From positions 124,001 to 188,000 of the forward strand of contig JAMDHS010000006.1 of assembly GCA_029717555.1 (NCBI GenBank): a stretch of DNA of 64,000 nucleotides, given 5' to 3'. This document shows positions 1-14,761 of the stretch, in pieces (positions within the stretch are counted from its first letter, which is position 1; every line of letters begins with the position of its first letter). Both the position numbers and the translations under genes were made by a program. The notes under the pieces were generated by a model, which searched no databases, had not been told where the DNA came from, and saw only the letters and a program-made list of their open reading frames with translations. This DNA comes from Peribolospora baueri (lineage: Eukaryota).

Positions 1-599
1 CCCACCCCAGCCCCTTGTTCCTGCCCCAAACCCTGGCCTTGGGCAGCCTCGGCTCCCGCAGGCTCCCTATGCCTAGGCGGCGGATGAGGAGTGACATAGA
101 GGATGCAATCGGAGAACATGGCGCGAATGAAACCGTTCTCGTATAGATGTGCGGACAGAGCCTCGGCCTGCCTTTGATGAACCTGGGCGGGCGTCGTGCC
201 GAGCAGATTAGCTACTGCCGTCGCCCCCGGCGAAGGGGCAGAGACCGAGGCCGAAGCCGTGAACAGAGGCAGCCTGGCGGGCAAAGGAGCTGATATGGGC
301 GCCATTGGGACGGGGACGGGGACGGGCGCGACGACCGCTGGCGTACTCGGGGTTCCTGGTCCGTGAGATGATGCAAAGGGAAAGGGAGGTCCGGGCAGAG
401 GGGGTGTGGGAGAAGAGGTGGAAGGGAGGTACGGAGGGGCCGCTGGTCCCGCCACGAGGCCAGGAGCTGGACCAGGTGGAGGTGGCGGCGTGGAATGTTG
501 CGGCTGGGGTTGCTGTTGCTGTTGCTGCTGATGCTGATGCTGATGTTGTTGGGTATGAAGAGATATGAAGGGCGGCGGTTGAGCAGGATAAGGCGACAT
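1..599 (-). CDS. 5' part of a probable BTB/POZ-domain protein (runs off the window start)
   Basis: ATG at 599 in CGCC-ATG-T context opens MSPYPAQPPPFISLHTQQHQHQHQQQ..., a Pro/Gln-rich leader, then 'LSAHLYENGFIRAMFSDCIL', which resembles the start of fungal BTB domains. The start may lie further upstream. Confidence 0.5.
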   Translation of the reverse strand, partial: MSPYPAQPPPFISLHTQQHQHQHQQQQQQQPQPQHSTPPPPPGPAPGLVAGPAAPPYLPSTSSPTPPLPGPPFPFASSHGPGTPSTPAVVAPVPVPVPMAPISAPLPARLPLFTASASVSAPSPGATAVANLLGTTPAQVHQRQAEALSAHLYENGFIRAMFSDCILYVTPHPPPRHREPAGAEAAQGQGLGQEQGAGV

Positions 600-1722
600 G
601 GCGATTGGACGATGGTAGGGGGAAGGGGACAAGAGAGAGGAGGAAGACGTGGAAGGCCCGGCAGAGGTAGTGTCGGACCCTGGTCCAGATTGAAAGCTGA
701 GAATATGGTGCAATGAGATGAAAGGAATATGAGAGGAAAGAGAAAGGTGGGAGCAAGACACTTGAGCGATGGTGAGCAAGACACGCGAGCTGGGCAATCG
801 GGCGTGCGTCCAGTCCCTGTTCGCCGCTTTGCACCTCGCCTACTGAGGGTGGCGGCATGAGCGCGCGCGTTCGACCTTCCTTCAGCTCACCCTTGGAAAT
901 GATAATGCATGTCGTTCATGACGTTCCAACAAGATGCGATGGTGAAAGGTGCGGAAGAGAGAAGAGAGAAGTCCTACAGCAGGAAGAAGCCAAAGAGGCG
1001 AGAAGGGGAGGAACAGAGACGTGCGAGCGAGAGGGGCACGTGACCAACAAAGTGGACGCCGATCGCCTCTCCTTTTAGTATCGTCTCTTCTCCTGTAAAC
1101 CGTGTAAAAAAATCAAGATTCCTTCCCTATCCCTTGTGAGCTTGAGATATGTGCAATGAGACGTGAAGGGCTCGATGACATGAGGGGAGCGACGAAATAC
1201 ATGTGACGGTGACGAGGGAGATATTGCGCGAATGGAAGGGGGGTGGACGTCGAAGAAAACGGTGGGGGGAGGGGTGGGAGGTAGGGGAGAATCCTGGCCA
1301 CCTCGACATGCTAATGTGAGGTATGTCACAGATCCCGAGCTGAAGATGGAAAGGGATAGGCTTGCGGATGGTCCGTGTCGTGACGTGACAGCGGCGGAGA
1401 GGAAGTAAGTCCGTAGAGTCCGTAATGAAAGCCTCTCCGAAAGAAAAGTGAGGAAACGCAAAAGGAAAACCAAAACACAGCTACCGTCTATGCAAACAAT
1501 CGACCGAATCGAAGATCAAAATAGCGCGCGTGATGAGTCGAAAAATAAAAGACATAGAGTGAACCAGGAGAGGTTGAAAAGAAAGAGTAAACTTGCATGC
1601 CTGCCGGTTGGTCCTAACCGTGCGAGGGCAGAGCGATCTGCGGCTCGAAGGAGGTCTAGGTGAAGCGCGATCAGAACGATCCGAAGACGCATCAGCGAAA
1701 GTCTGCCTGCCCAGGACAGCCC

Positions 1723-2629
1723 TCACTGCGCGGCGTCCAAGACGGCTGTCCTCCTCTCCTGCGCGGTCGCGTCGTCGAGGGCAAGAGCAGGCACGACCCT
1801 GGCGAGGACGGACCAGCCGCTGACGAGCATGACCACCGCAGTCGCTATGAGAGCGATGAGAGCTGGGTGCATAGCTCGGAGGGCCGCGCCGGCGTTGCAA
1901 GCGCCGCAGGTCCAACCGCCTGCCAGGTGAGGAGAGAGACGGGTGGGATAAGCGAAAGAGAGCGTTGATGGTTAGCACTCATCTTCTTCTCGGATGACGG
2001 GTAAAGACAGTCGCAATGGATGTGCTGCCAGGAAGGATGGGGAACGGACACTCACCGCCGAGTGGGGTGTAAGGGGCAGGGATATAGAGAGCAAAGTTGA
2101 GACCGGTGTTTGGATGGAAGAGGCCGGGACTGGCGCCAACGCCTAGACCGCGCTCGTCAAAGATCTGGAGCCTGTAGGAGGCCTGAACGAGCGGAGTGAC
2201 TCCGGGACTCTGGTTGTAGTCCCAAGGGCTCCACTCGACGCTGGTAGCGTCTCCCGGGATGCCGTTGGTGGGGCCGACAGGGTAGGTGACCGAATTGGAG
2301 GTGCAGACGGCTTGCACGGTGAGCGAGGTCGGGGAGGAGACGATGGAGGTGAAGTTCCAGCCAAAGGTGATCGTGACGCCCTGAAGGATCTTGTAGTACG
2401 AAGCGGCAGCGGTCTGAGCGGGCTGGGTGAAGGTGAGCCCTCCTGTGGGAACGGACCATGGGATGGAAGAGCTGGAGGAGCCACTAGTTGAGGACGCCGG
2501 GGCATTTGTGGGCGCGGGCGCGGGCGTGGGCACGACGACGGGGTTAGGCGCGACGACAGGGCATGGGGAGAAGACGGAGAGGATGAGAACAAGGAGGGAG
2601 AAGAGGGAGAAGGAGCTCGCTGGGGCCAT
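1723..2629 (-). CDS. Conserved fungal secreted/membrane-anchored protein (signal peptide, Ser/Thr/Pro linker, C-terminal hydrophobic segment), 2 exons
   Basis: ORF 1979-2629 starts with a hydrophobic signal peptide. GTGAG donor near 2055; exon 2 reads GWTCGACNAGAALRAMHPALIALIATAVVMLVSGW..., stop at 1723-1725. Confidence 0.75.
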
Positions 2630-3163
2630 GGCGATGAACTTTGAAAGCTCTCGCTCGCGTCGCCGTCGCCGTCGCCGTCGTCGTTGTCGTCGTCGTCGCG
2701 TACGACTCGCAGGTCAAGATGGCCGTTTGGGGTCAAGGACAGACGCGAACAAGGCGGAGGGGAGTGTCGAAGATGGTGGGAGCGAAGAAGGAGGTGAAAG
2801 AAGGAGTCGAAGGAGGTGAAGAAGGGGTCAAAGGAGGCGAAGAAGGGGTCAACCGACTTCTCGCGTGGGCTTGCTTAGATTGAATGGCTGGCAAAATCAA
2901 TCCAGCTGACCTTCGCAAGTCTTCATTCATTAGGGCTGCGCGGAAATCGGCCGGCTGTCCGAGAGGACAAGGGTGTTAGGGTTATGTCTCACGTGACGTA
3001 CTGCGGCAAATGCGCTACTGCGGCGGTTTCCTTCCCCAGGTTTGAGGATGGGAAGCGATGTCCGGCCGCCGCCGCAGGCACTCACATGGAAGGGAGGATG
3101 AGCTGTGGAGCCGAGTCGATCCTTCTTATGGAGGTCTCCACGTCGTCGTTGTCGTCGTCGTCC

Positions 3164-4638
<1,475 letters not shown>

Positions 4639-5000
4639 ATGGGTCGGCTCGGATTAGCGGTCAGACGGATCGCTCGTTCAGTATGGAAGCGTCAATGTCG
4701 GCACTCGTATTTTTTTTAAGGTGCGAGGAGACGATCCCACCCTAAATCGGGCCTGTGACCACTCATCACGCCAACGATCTCGCGGACATGTCTTTTCGGC
4801 GGACGGTCTTTGCACGGGCGGCGAAACGAATAGAGAAGAAGAGGGACGGGTACGGTAGCTAGACGACTCGTAGATACTACAAGACGAATAAACGAGCCAT
4901 CTTGGAAACTTGGAAACCACGACGATCTACCTCCTCGATAGGTAGCTTACACGTCTCACCGTGTCGCAACGTTATCTCGCCATTCGCACTATACTGCCAT

Positions 5001-7547
5001 TCACACGCCGGGAACTTGCGTCGAAAGGGTCGGCGTGCCGGGAGCGGGAGGGCCCGAGTGCCTCGTCTTTCCGAAAGGACGCGGAGGAGAATTGAGGCCA
5101 ATCAATCAGTCCGTCCGGCGTGGTGATGAGGAGAAGAAGCGAGCGCGCAGGGCAGGGCACGCATGGGCAGTTGCGCTGGCGGGCGCCGTGTGGCTCACCT
5201 CGATGTACGTCTTGAGGAGAGGCTTGCCCTTGGCATCGTCAAACACCTATTCCCGAGGGAGAGTAAGAACAGTATCGATGAGATCACGAGCGGAATCCAA
5301 GAAAGACGTCCACTCGATCCTTTCCACACACACACACACACACGCACCTTCTTGTCAAAAGCCTGATCGCATGGGATGGACACGTTCGTTCGGGCAAACC
5401 GACCAACCGATCAGTCAATGTACGATACTGACCACGCAACCAAGTGACAGCATCTCCTATCACGGTGCACTGGACTGGTTGGTGGAGGCACCACTTCTCC
5501 CACTTGATACAACGTACCTTGTACACTTTCGGAATCTGGTCGATCTCAAAGCTATGTGGGGGACCAGGGTCAAGAACCAACAGGCCCGATGCGAGGTGAG
5601 CGCATTGCCACGAGTCTTGATAAACGCCACTTGAGCTTCTCTACCCACCGATGTGACAAGATAGGCAAGACGGAGAACTTCTTGGGGATCATGTACTTCT
5701 CCAAGATCTCCGACCAGTACTTCTGGATGGGCGCTTGTCCACAACCGATAAGGTGGATCGCCTTCTCCATGACTGCGCCAATGTTGAGGTTGTTGCACGT
5801 GCCAACGTCTTTGTTAAAAAAATGCAGAGAGGTGGTGTGTAAGTTGTTTGTTTCGCCTAGCTCATTCATTTGTTCGAGGAAGCCACGACTGAGGGGAAGA
5901 AGACCTACAGTCAGCGATTACACTGATCCGTCCAAATTTGCGGGTTGCTAGCGTGTTAACGAGAAGGGCAATGAACATGCGTCCCCATCCGCTGCGGCGT
6001 CCTGTCAGGAGACTCACAAAGGATCATCTCATTAAGATTGTCACTCGTATCCGTCTCTGCACCTATACTACGCTGGACCTTTTGCGTGGCGGATTTCGCG
6101 TAGCGAAAGCCGGCACAGTCGATGGCCATGTCAAGGCCCTTAGGATGAAGTTCAAACTGACGGGATAGAGAGCATACGGGAGAGTTTTAAGGTGAGTGGA
6201 CAAGCGGCTCACAACAGGACGATCTGAAACACACCGCCCTGACAGCGAAGATTATGATGGCTACTCACGATCTTGTCGACGACATTCTTATCCACCTCAA
6301 AGTTGATCGGCTCGACTCCGAACTGTTTGGCAAGCTCAAGCCTCTCCGGCACACAGTCGACAGCAAAAATCCTCCTGGCCCCAAGCACTCTGAGCCACTG
6401 TGCGACGAGCTGGCCAACAGGGCCCAATCCCCACACACCGACCACATCGCCCTCTTGGAATTGCCCCTCACGCACAGCGTGGTAAGAGGTTCCGATAATG
6501 TCGCTAAGATAGAGCGCCTCCTCATCCGGAATGCCGTCAGGAATTTTGATGGTGTTGAAGTCTGCGAAAGGCATCCGAAGCCATTCGGCTTGGGCACCAG
6601 GGTAGCCACCGAGGAAGTGGGAGTAGCCTAAGGGAAGACGACAGAGGAAGCGGTTTAGACTCGACCAAACTATGGAGACTTTTGAAAGTCCGTCGACGCT
6701 CCACATGCTCACCTAGAACGCCGGCAATCCTGTGTCCGTACATCTTCTCCATTAGAGCTGAGCTGTTGGTCCGGTCACACGCGCTCATGAGGCCCTGCTT
6801 GCAGTAATCACAAGACCCACAGCCAATGTTGAAGGAGCAGACCACACGCTGTGGACAAGACACAAGAGGATGAGCCAAAAATGGAATATGTTGGACGCTC
6901 AGCTCTAATCGGAATGCCGCACAAGCCAGCATACGGCGTAGCAGCCAAGCTCACGTCTCCGGGCTTGATATTGGCAACGGCCGAACCGACTTTCTCCACC
7001 TTTCCCATACACTCGTGTCCAAGGATATCCCCTTTCTGCAGTTCAAGGATCTCTCCATGGCTGGGACGAGTTACAGACAGAGCATGTCGGCATCATCCCT
7101 ACATTTTTTCTCCTCGCCAATACGGAGCTGCTCACTAGAGGTGAAGGTCGGAGCCGCATACGGTTGTACCCGTGATCTGGATCACAGCATCCTCAGGGTC
7201 CGTCACGTCGGGCACATTGCGTTCCTCGATCTGCAGTTGTGGATACGAAGCAATTGCCGTCGTCAGACTGAAACACGGTATGACTTTGAGACAGCAATTG
7301 AAAGCGCCCTGCTGACCCTGACGTCCTCTTTCCCATACCTACACCGCAGTGTGATGAAAGGAGAGCATGGATCAGTTAAATGCCTTCTCGTCCTCTCGCC
7401 GACCCATGACCGGGACGGCTTGCCGCGCCCGGCTCACCAAACATTCGCCTTCATCTTCTCGTCCCTGTACTTGGGCTGGATATGGGTAGCCGTCGGCACT
7501 GGCCCAAGCTGCTCCTCGGCCTTCGACGCTAGGAAAGAGGTGGCCAT
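5001..7547 (-). CDS. Zinc-dependent medium-chain dehydrogenase (formaldehyde dehydrogenase-like), many exons including 15-16 nt microexons
   Basis: GHECMGKVEKVG, FNIGCGSCDYCKQG...CDRTN (structural Zn), GAQAEWLRMPFAD, LYLSDI, WGLGPVG (Rossmann), GCGQAPIQKYW. Last exon TRHSGPPAPGTPTLSTQVPGV*. Confidence 0.88.
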
Positions 7548-7983
7548 CTTCAAGTCGTGATCTTTTACAACTGCTTCCTCTAGAGCTAAGGGGGTGGTGA
7601 TTTCGGCCAATAAATAAGAGTCGCAAACCACCGGTCCGTTTTATAAACAGTTCCCAACCCCCGCAGCTGATGACCGATCGCGGAGGACATGGCGCCAGGT
7701 AGAAAGCGTGATAACCATACGATCGCTGAGTGAGCGTTACCAGCGCTGACTGAGCAACTCATGGCAAGACAGTCAGTCAATCGTCGACGTCGACGATCGT
7801 GGTCGGTTGATCGACGTCCGATCGTGCCCGCCAACCTCGTACGCGACTGCCGCAGTACGCGGGGCAAGGCGGAGCCGAGCGAGGTCAGCGTCAGGCGCGA
7901 GTCGTCATGTCACGGTTTCTTCCTTTCCAGTCCATTCACTTGCTTGTCGTCCCCTTTCCCGCGGGAGCAGTGCACCAGCGGCC

Positions 7984-9554
7984 ATGATGCGAGTACGGCC
8001 CCGGACCGTCCCCGGCTTGCGGCTCGTCGAGCCGAGGACGACGGCGCCATTTCGGAGCAGGGACCAAGGCGAGTCGAGTTTGTCTTTGTCACGCGTTGAC
8101 GCTTCGAGAAGGCTGACCTTCTCGTCTGTTTCATGGCGGCGGTGATATTGTTTCCTGTTGACAGCTCGCACGTTTTCGTCCTCACCCGAGTTTGTACGAC
8201 AGCGTTTCTCGACTAAGAAAATCTTGACAATGACGGCCCTTGGGGGTGCGCTTGCAGGAGGTGTGTACCTGTTGAATGGAACGGACCCGGTGCAGTGCGA
8301 TGCTTCCACGAAGGTGGTGAGTGTAGTGGTCGTTTGAAGCGTTCCATTCATGTGCTCGTTTGTTACGTCAGGTGCGATCTGGATTCTGATCCCTTCCATC
8401 GTAAGCGTCAGTCCGACCGCACACCCTCGCCATCAGCCAAGGCCGCCATCCCTTCGATACCGGACACTAGCAAGCTTGACGCAGCCTTGGTAGCCGACAC
8501 GTCGGCGCCGATGCGCCGGCGCATGGAGACATACGTCAAGTTGCTCCAGTCCGACATTGTGACAGCGCTGTCGGCGCTCGAGCCATCCAAGTCGTTCGTC
8601 GTCGATTCCTGGAAGCGCAAGGAAGGCGGCGAAGGCATATCCTGCGTCCTTCAAGACGGTCAGACATTCGACAAAGCCGGCGTCAACATTTCCATTGTCC
8701 ACGGAATGCTCCCGCCTGCGGCGATCAAGCAGATGAAGGCTGACCACTCCACGCTAGAGTACGACCCTGACGCTCCCGGTGCCAAACCTCTGCCATTTTT
8801 CGCTTCGGGATTGAGCGTGGTGATCCACCCGAACAACCCGCACGCTCCGACCGTGCACTTCAATTACAGATATTTTGAGGTCTCGCATCCCCACAAGGCG
8901 GACGGCTCGCCTTCGGATGAGAAGGAGCCGATGGCGTGGTGGTTCGGCGGCGGGACAGACCTGACGCCGAGCTATCTGTACGAGGACGACGTGAAGCACT
9001 TCCACGGCACGATTCGAGCGGCGTGCGACGCGCACGACCCGGCCTTCTACCCTGCGTTCAAGCGATGGTGCGACAAGTACTTCTTCCTCAAGCACCGCAA
9101 CGAGAGCCGTGGCGTGGGCGGCATCTTCTTCGACGATCTCACTGTCCCGCCGAACGGGTCTGAGCGGACGCTCATCGGCGATGGCACGCCGGGCGCACCC
9201 AAGGTGACGGCGGGCCGGAAGACGAAAGAGGAGCTCTTCTCGTTCGTCCGCGCCTGCGGAGACGCTTTCCTGCCGTCGTACCTGCCCATCCTCACTCGAC
9301 GGATCTTGCAGCCGTACGACGAGACGCAGAAGCGATGGCAGCAGCTGCGGCGCGGTCGATACGTCGAATTCAACCTCGTCTATGACCGCGGCACCAAGTT
9401 TGGCTTGCAGACGCCCGGGGCAAGGATCGAGAGCATCCTCATGAGCTTGCCCACGACGGCGAGGTGGGAGTACATGTCGCCCCTCGCGGCCGTCGAGGCG
9501 AGCGACGAGGCCAAGATGACGGACGTCTTGATGAACCCGCGCGATTGGGCATGA
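7984..9554 (+). CDS. HEM13: Oxygen-dependent coproporphyrinogen III oxidase with an N-terminal targeting extension
   Basis: GGEGISCVLQDG, FDKAGVN, HPNNPHAPTVHFNYRYFE, WWFGGGTDLTP, RGVGGIFFDD, RRGRYVEFNLVYDRGTKFGL, RIESILMSLP. The 5' exons are inferred (see findings). Confidence 0.95.
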
Positions 9555-10620
9555 CGCACGCGGGGACGGACACGGCCACGGAACCGGAACCGTGTAGAGT
9601 AGTAGGTTTACGATACATACGAACAGAAGGCCCCATCATCCATCTCTCGCGTCGCGTCCCGCTCAGCTCGAGATGACTCGTCGATCCTCCCCCGGCGGTC
9701 TCCGTGTCCGTCCGCGTGTCTTCGTCCTGGAATCTTGACCTTCCTTACTCTCTCCTTCCTCCTCGTCCTCGTCCTCGTCCTGGCTCTTTTTTCCCCTGCC
9801 CTGCGATAACGGTGTTCGCTCCGTCTTATCCGTTCACTCTTTTCCCACACTCGCCTTGCACCTTGGTCGCCTGCTTGACTTCTTCCCCTTCCCTTCCCGC
9901 CCCTCCTCGCCTCCACCCGTCCATCCATCCATCGGCCCGCCCGGCCGAGGCCGTCCCCTCTGATTCGTCCACCTCTACCCCTCCCATACGCAGCCACCAC
10001 CCGCCACCGCCGCCGCCGCCGCCGCCGCGCTGCTCCCGCGTCGATGCCGATGCCAATGTCTGAACACATTTTTCTGTCCTCCCCTCGTCCTCGTCCTCGT
10101 GACGGTCTCGTCATCGATCGTAGGAAAGTAGCCACGTTCGAACGCGGCGTCCCTGCGTCTGTCTGTGCGTCTGTCTGTGCGTCTGTCTGTCCGTGACGCA
10201 GCGGAAGAAGGTGTCCTCGTCCATTGTCGAATTAACTGGATATGGCGAGGACATTGACATTGGCTGCCCTTTTTTGGGGGGGCCCGTGTCATACAAACCT
10301 ACCTCCGCCCGATGAGAGCGATGTTAAGGCTTCCTTTCTTCGTTCCGACCGACTGAGGTCACGCGCACCTTTCATTCGTCAGCTCAAACCACCACCACCA
10401 GGATCCTCTCATTCTATGTTCAAGTGATGATGCGATCGATGGATGGTCGTGGAAGATCGTATTGGTGACAGGAGAAAGAAGAGGAACGTAAAAGGGTGCA
10501 GGAGGTGGGGAAAAAAAAAAGGAGAAACTGGGACAAAACGCGAGGGGGCCCGAGGACGGACCGAAGGATCTACGTAGAGAAACATCATCGGCGCGCTGGG
10601 CTGGGCTGCAGCAGCCGCGC

Positions 10621-13141
10621 TCAGCGGGAATCCCGTCTTGACATAAGGAAGCACCTGTGTAGCCCATGGCGGCGTGATGAGCGAGCGGTTCCCCTACAAC
10701 AGGGAAAGAAAAAGAAGGAAAAAAAAAAGACACAACGCGGGCCCACCGGCACTCACCCTTCGTAGCCGCTCATATTGTCCGGTGTGAACGTATCCCTCCA
10801 TCTTCCGACGACCATGCCACCAGCAACCGCATATCCCCTGTAAAGCCACCGGCCCCTGCCATCCGGTCGGTACTCTTTAGTGACGGTCATCAAGCCGTCC
10901 CACGAGCGCACGCGGCCGCGGAGGACGAATTGGCCCCAGGCAGAGTGGCCCGTACCGGAAAGAAGGATTTCCATCCTGTCCCCGCCGCCCGCGCCTTCCT
11001 CCTCCTCCTCCCCGCCCTCTCCATCCCGTTCGTCCGCCTCGTCAAAGCCAGGCCACCCCTCGAACCCGGGCGGAGCACCTCCTGCCGTGGTCGCCCCAGC
11101 CCGTCGGTTGGGCGAAGAAGGACCGGGCAGGGCGTGGCGGTCGCTCGAGTGCGCTCCGCCGGAGCCGAGTGGGGCGAAGAGCCTGTCGGTGCCGGTCAAG
11201 CTGGCCGTCGGGTCGTCGAGCGTTTCGCTGGTCTCGTTCTTCACGAAATAGCCCGCGGCAAGGATGCTTCCTCGTCCTCCCTCGCGACCGCCCCGCGGGA
11301 TGCGCACGAGGTGCTCCTTCATCTTCCACACCTGCGGCTGCTCGCCAAACGGTCCCTCGTAGAGGCTGCGCATCCTTCCGGCGAGCATGTCGCGATACGA
11401 GTCAAAGTCGAAGAAGGAGAACCGGCCCTCCCAGGCGCCCTTAAAGGCGCCGGCGAAGAAAAGCGGCTTGAGGCCCGGCGAGGAGCGCGGATCCAGGCAG
11501 GCGAGCAGCCGGGCTACGTCCCTGTCGTGGTCCGTCGAACGGAGCACGGCGAGGGGCGTGCGGTGAGGGCCGCGGCCACCGGGGACGCGGTTGCTGCCGT
11601 CGTCGGCCGGCTGGCCGCCGGTCTGGTCGCGGTCAATGATGGCCGTCAGACCGATGACCGCGGGGTCGCGTTCAACCTTTAGGAAGAAGGAGAAGCAGGC
11701 GGCGTGGGAGAGCACGGGGGACGCGATGGCAATCTGCATGCCGCAGTGCTGGATGATGCACTTGCGAGACCGAGGCGTCAAATCAGCGAGGAACGGGTTG
11801 GACTGGTGCGCGGTCCGACTCGGTTGCTGGTCCTGCGTATCCTTGGAATCGGCCGCGGCATCGGCGGAGTAGGGATGAAGGGGAAGGTCGCGCAACGTCC
11901 AAGGGGCCATGTAGGCATCGAACTGGAGGACGCGAGCGCGCGTGCGTACGTTGATCAGCACGGAGGCAACGGGCCACGACAGGCGAATGCGAAGCCTTAC
12001 GACGAGCGAGCGGTCCTTGCACCCACCTTGTGCGCGGCAAAGACGAAGGGACGGAGGACGAAAAGCTTTTCGTCGCTCTCTTCCCGAGTCTCCTTGGCGA
12101 GCAGTTCGGGATCTGTAAGGAGGTAGATGAGGTGGAGGGCCAAGGCTCGGTCGGTGGTGTCTGGGGGGTAACCAGGCTGGATAGCCGAGGCGAGGAGTTC
12201 CTGGGAGTGGTAGATGGAGAGAAAGACGTCGATGGAGAAGAATTTGAGCTGGGGGAGGTTGAGGCCATCTGCGGGATAAGATGGGTCGAAGAGCAAGACA
12301 CAGGTCAGAAGTGCGAGTTAGGAATCGAGATCTTCTGGTCCGCGGTGGCCGGCCGTCCATCACGACACTCACCGTTTTCCATGAGCATCATGAATGCGAG
12401 CCAGAGGTCCTCCAACAGGTCCTTGCATCCCTGGTCGCCCCTCTCGTACCCCTCTTCGGAAATCGTCCCATCTGCTTTGATCACCTTCCTCAGCTGCCCG
12501 CCGGCGGCGATGCGGCGAATCCGCTTGAGGCACCTGAACCGCCTGGCGAGCTCATCGGCGAGGTTGCGCGTGCTGACAGCGCGCGCGCCAAAGCGGCGGC
12601 GGATGGCAGCGATGTCGAACTTGGAACGGAAGATGCGGGCGTAGAGGCGTGGGTTGTTCTTGTGAGAGAGGGAGGCGTAGATGGATCGGCAGGTGAGGAG
12701 GAGGGGGATGAGGGTGTGAGGAGGGCCGAGGTTCCGAGACGAGGAGGCGTCCGTATAGGAGACGGGTTCCTCGCCGGCCTCGCCAGCTGAGGAGGGAGCG
12801 TCGAGGGACGACGGCTGTGCTGCGCCAGCGCCCGCTCCGGCTCCCGGGTTTGTCAGCTGGAGTGAGCCGACGGCGGTGAAGAAGGCGATCGAGTCGAGGA
12901 TTTCGGGAGGCAGCTGGAGAAGGCCGGTCGACGGTTGCGGGGTGATCGTCGACTTCGAGAAGGGAATGGAGGAGGCCAAGGTTGAGGTGGACGCAGCGGC
13001 GTTGGCGGGGGCGGAGGTGGAGGCGGAGGTGGAGGACGAAGTGTACGATTCGACGGCGGCTGGAGATAAAGAGGTCTGCTTCGAGGCCGAGATTTGCTTT
13101 TGCCCGGTTGCGTTGGTCTTTTCAGACATTTGGTCGTCCAT
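10621..13141 (-). CDS. Conserved basidiomycete F-box-like hypothetical protein (multi-exon)
   Basis: F-box-like LLQLPPEILDSIAF and LLLTCRSIY...LYARIFRSKFD; C-terminal GHSAWGQFVLRGRVRSWDG...GRWLYRGY...GRWRDT; last exon CFLMSRRDSR*. Confidence 0.7.
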
Positions 13142-14726
13142 GTCGGACAGAGGGCGCGAAAGAGGTGGGCGCGGCGTGCGGGGTTTTGGCTACGGGAAGG
13201 GAGCGGGTGGCGGCGAGCGCGGTGAGTCCGGTGAGTCTGGGACGAGAAGGAGAGGTTGTAGATGGAGAGATGGGAAGAGAATCGGGAAGGATGCTCGAAT
13301 GGAGCGTGGGGGAGGTCGGAGGGAGGTGAGGAGCGATGGAAGTGATGACGGGATGGGCGATGAGACGCAAGCAAAAGACGAGATCGGCCGACCCCGCTGC
13401 GACGGATGCAGTCGGACGAGGACCAGCTGATGGTAACCGACGACGACGACGACGACGGCGACGCGAAGCGAAGCGACGAGGAGAGGCCGTACTCACAGAA
13501 GCATCAAGGGGCGAGACGAAGGAGGTGGAGAGGGAGATTGTGGCGATACGAGGACGAGAAGGAGGAAGGAGACGACCAAAGACCGACGAAAGGCGGCGCC
13601 GGCTTATGCTGAGCTGACCATGACCTTACCACGACCACGACCCGACCGTGTATATGACCAAGACTGTAACCACCACCACCGGCCCCAGCCTCCATTGCAT
13701 CCCACCTCTTGTGTAGACGCTCCCCGCCCGCTCAGCTCGCCTCGCTACCATCGCCAGCTTCCTTCACCTCGCCCACCTCCACTCCAGCGCGCTGGAGACG
13801 GCCCACGATGCCTCGACGTCTTCCTGCATACATGCAACACGCCCTCTTGCCCTTGTCTGAACCAGACGACGTCCATGCTCCCTGCTAATGGAAAGAAAGC
13901 ACGGAAGAAAGAATGAAAGAGAGACCCACATACGAGCGAGCCCTTGTCGTCGAGTGCACGTCTTCCTCGTCCCCGTCACCGCTTCCCGCCTTCCACGAGA
14001 CAGCTCCGCAGACCGACAAAGAGTCAGGCCCAGTTGCGTCCCAATCAAGCGAGTCAGTGTACGTACGCACCCGCCTCGATGTCCCCGACCGAGGCGGACG
14101 AGAGGAGGATGGGAAGCGAGTGACGCTATTGTACAGAACTGAACTGGCCTTTGAAAGTCGTCTGTCTTTACGAGCAACACCCTCCGCTGTCTCCCGACGA
14201 CGATATGGACGGACGGGACGCCATCGTCTGTTATGCCTTTCTGTGCAGCAGCAGTCCGCTTTTATTTTCTCGTCGTCCCAGCAGAGAGGGTGGGAGGATG
14301 TGGAGTCCCGTCGAATCTCTTTTTTACCGTCATCTAGGCCGTATACAGACAGAACGCTTGCCCTCTGCGCGACGCCACCCAACGTCCACCACCGACGTGA
14401 CGTCACTGCCCGCGCGGCGACGGCAGGATGGGCGGGCCGGACGGACGGCCTGCCTGGCTTGTGACCCAATTGCCGTCTCCAAAAGTCCAATCGCCGCCTC
14501 TGACCTTTGGAGACGGCGGCATGGGTCATGGATGGACGCGTGCATGTACTTCTGTACATCCACAACTCCACCCAGCGCCTCGCGATGTGTGACCGGAGCC
14601 AAACGCCGACCGCCGACGGCCGACCTCGGACTAAAGAGTGAGTCCTGCTGATCCGGTACTGTATGTGCATGCAGTACGTGGCGTGAGGCAGCCAAGCCAG
14701 TCCGGACGAGTGCGACACCGGAGTAA

Positions 14727-14761
14727 AGTCGAGTCGAGTCGAGTCGAGTCGAGTCGAGTCG
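14727..14761. repeat. (GAGTC)n pentanucleotide microsatellite, ~7 units
   Basis: agtcgagtcgagtcgagtc... read directly. Confidence 0.9.
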
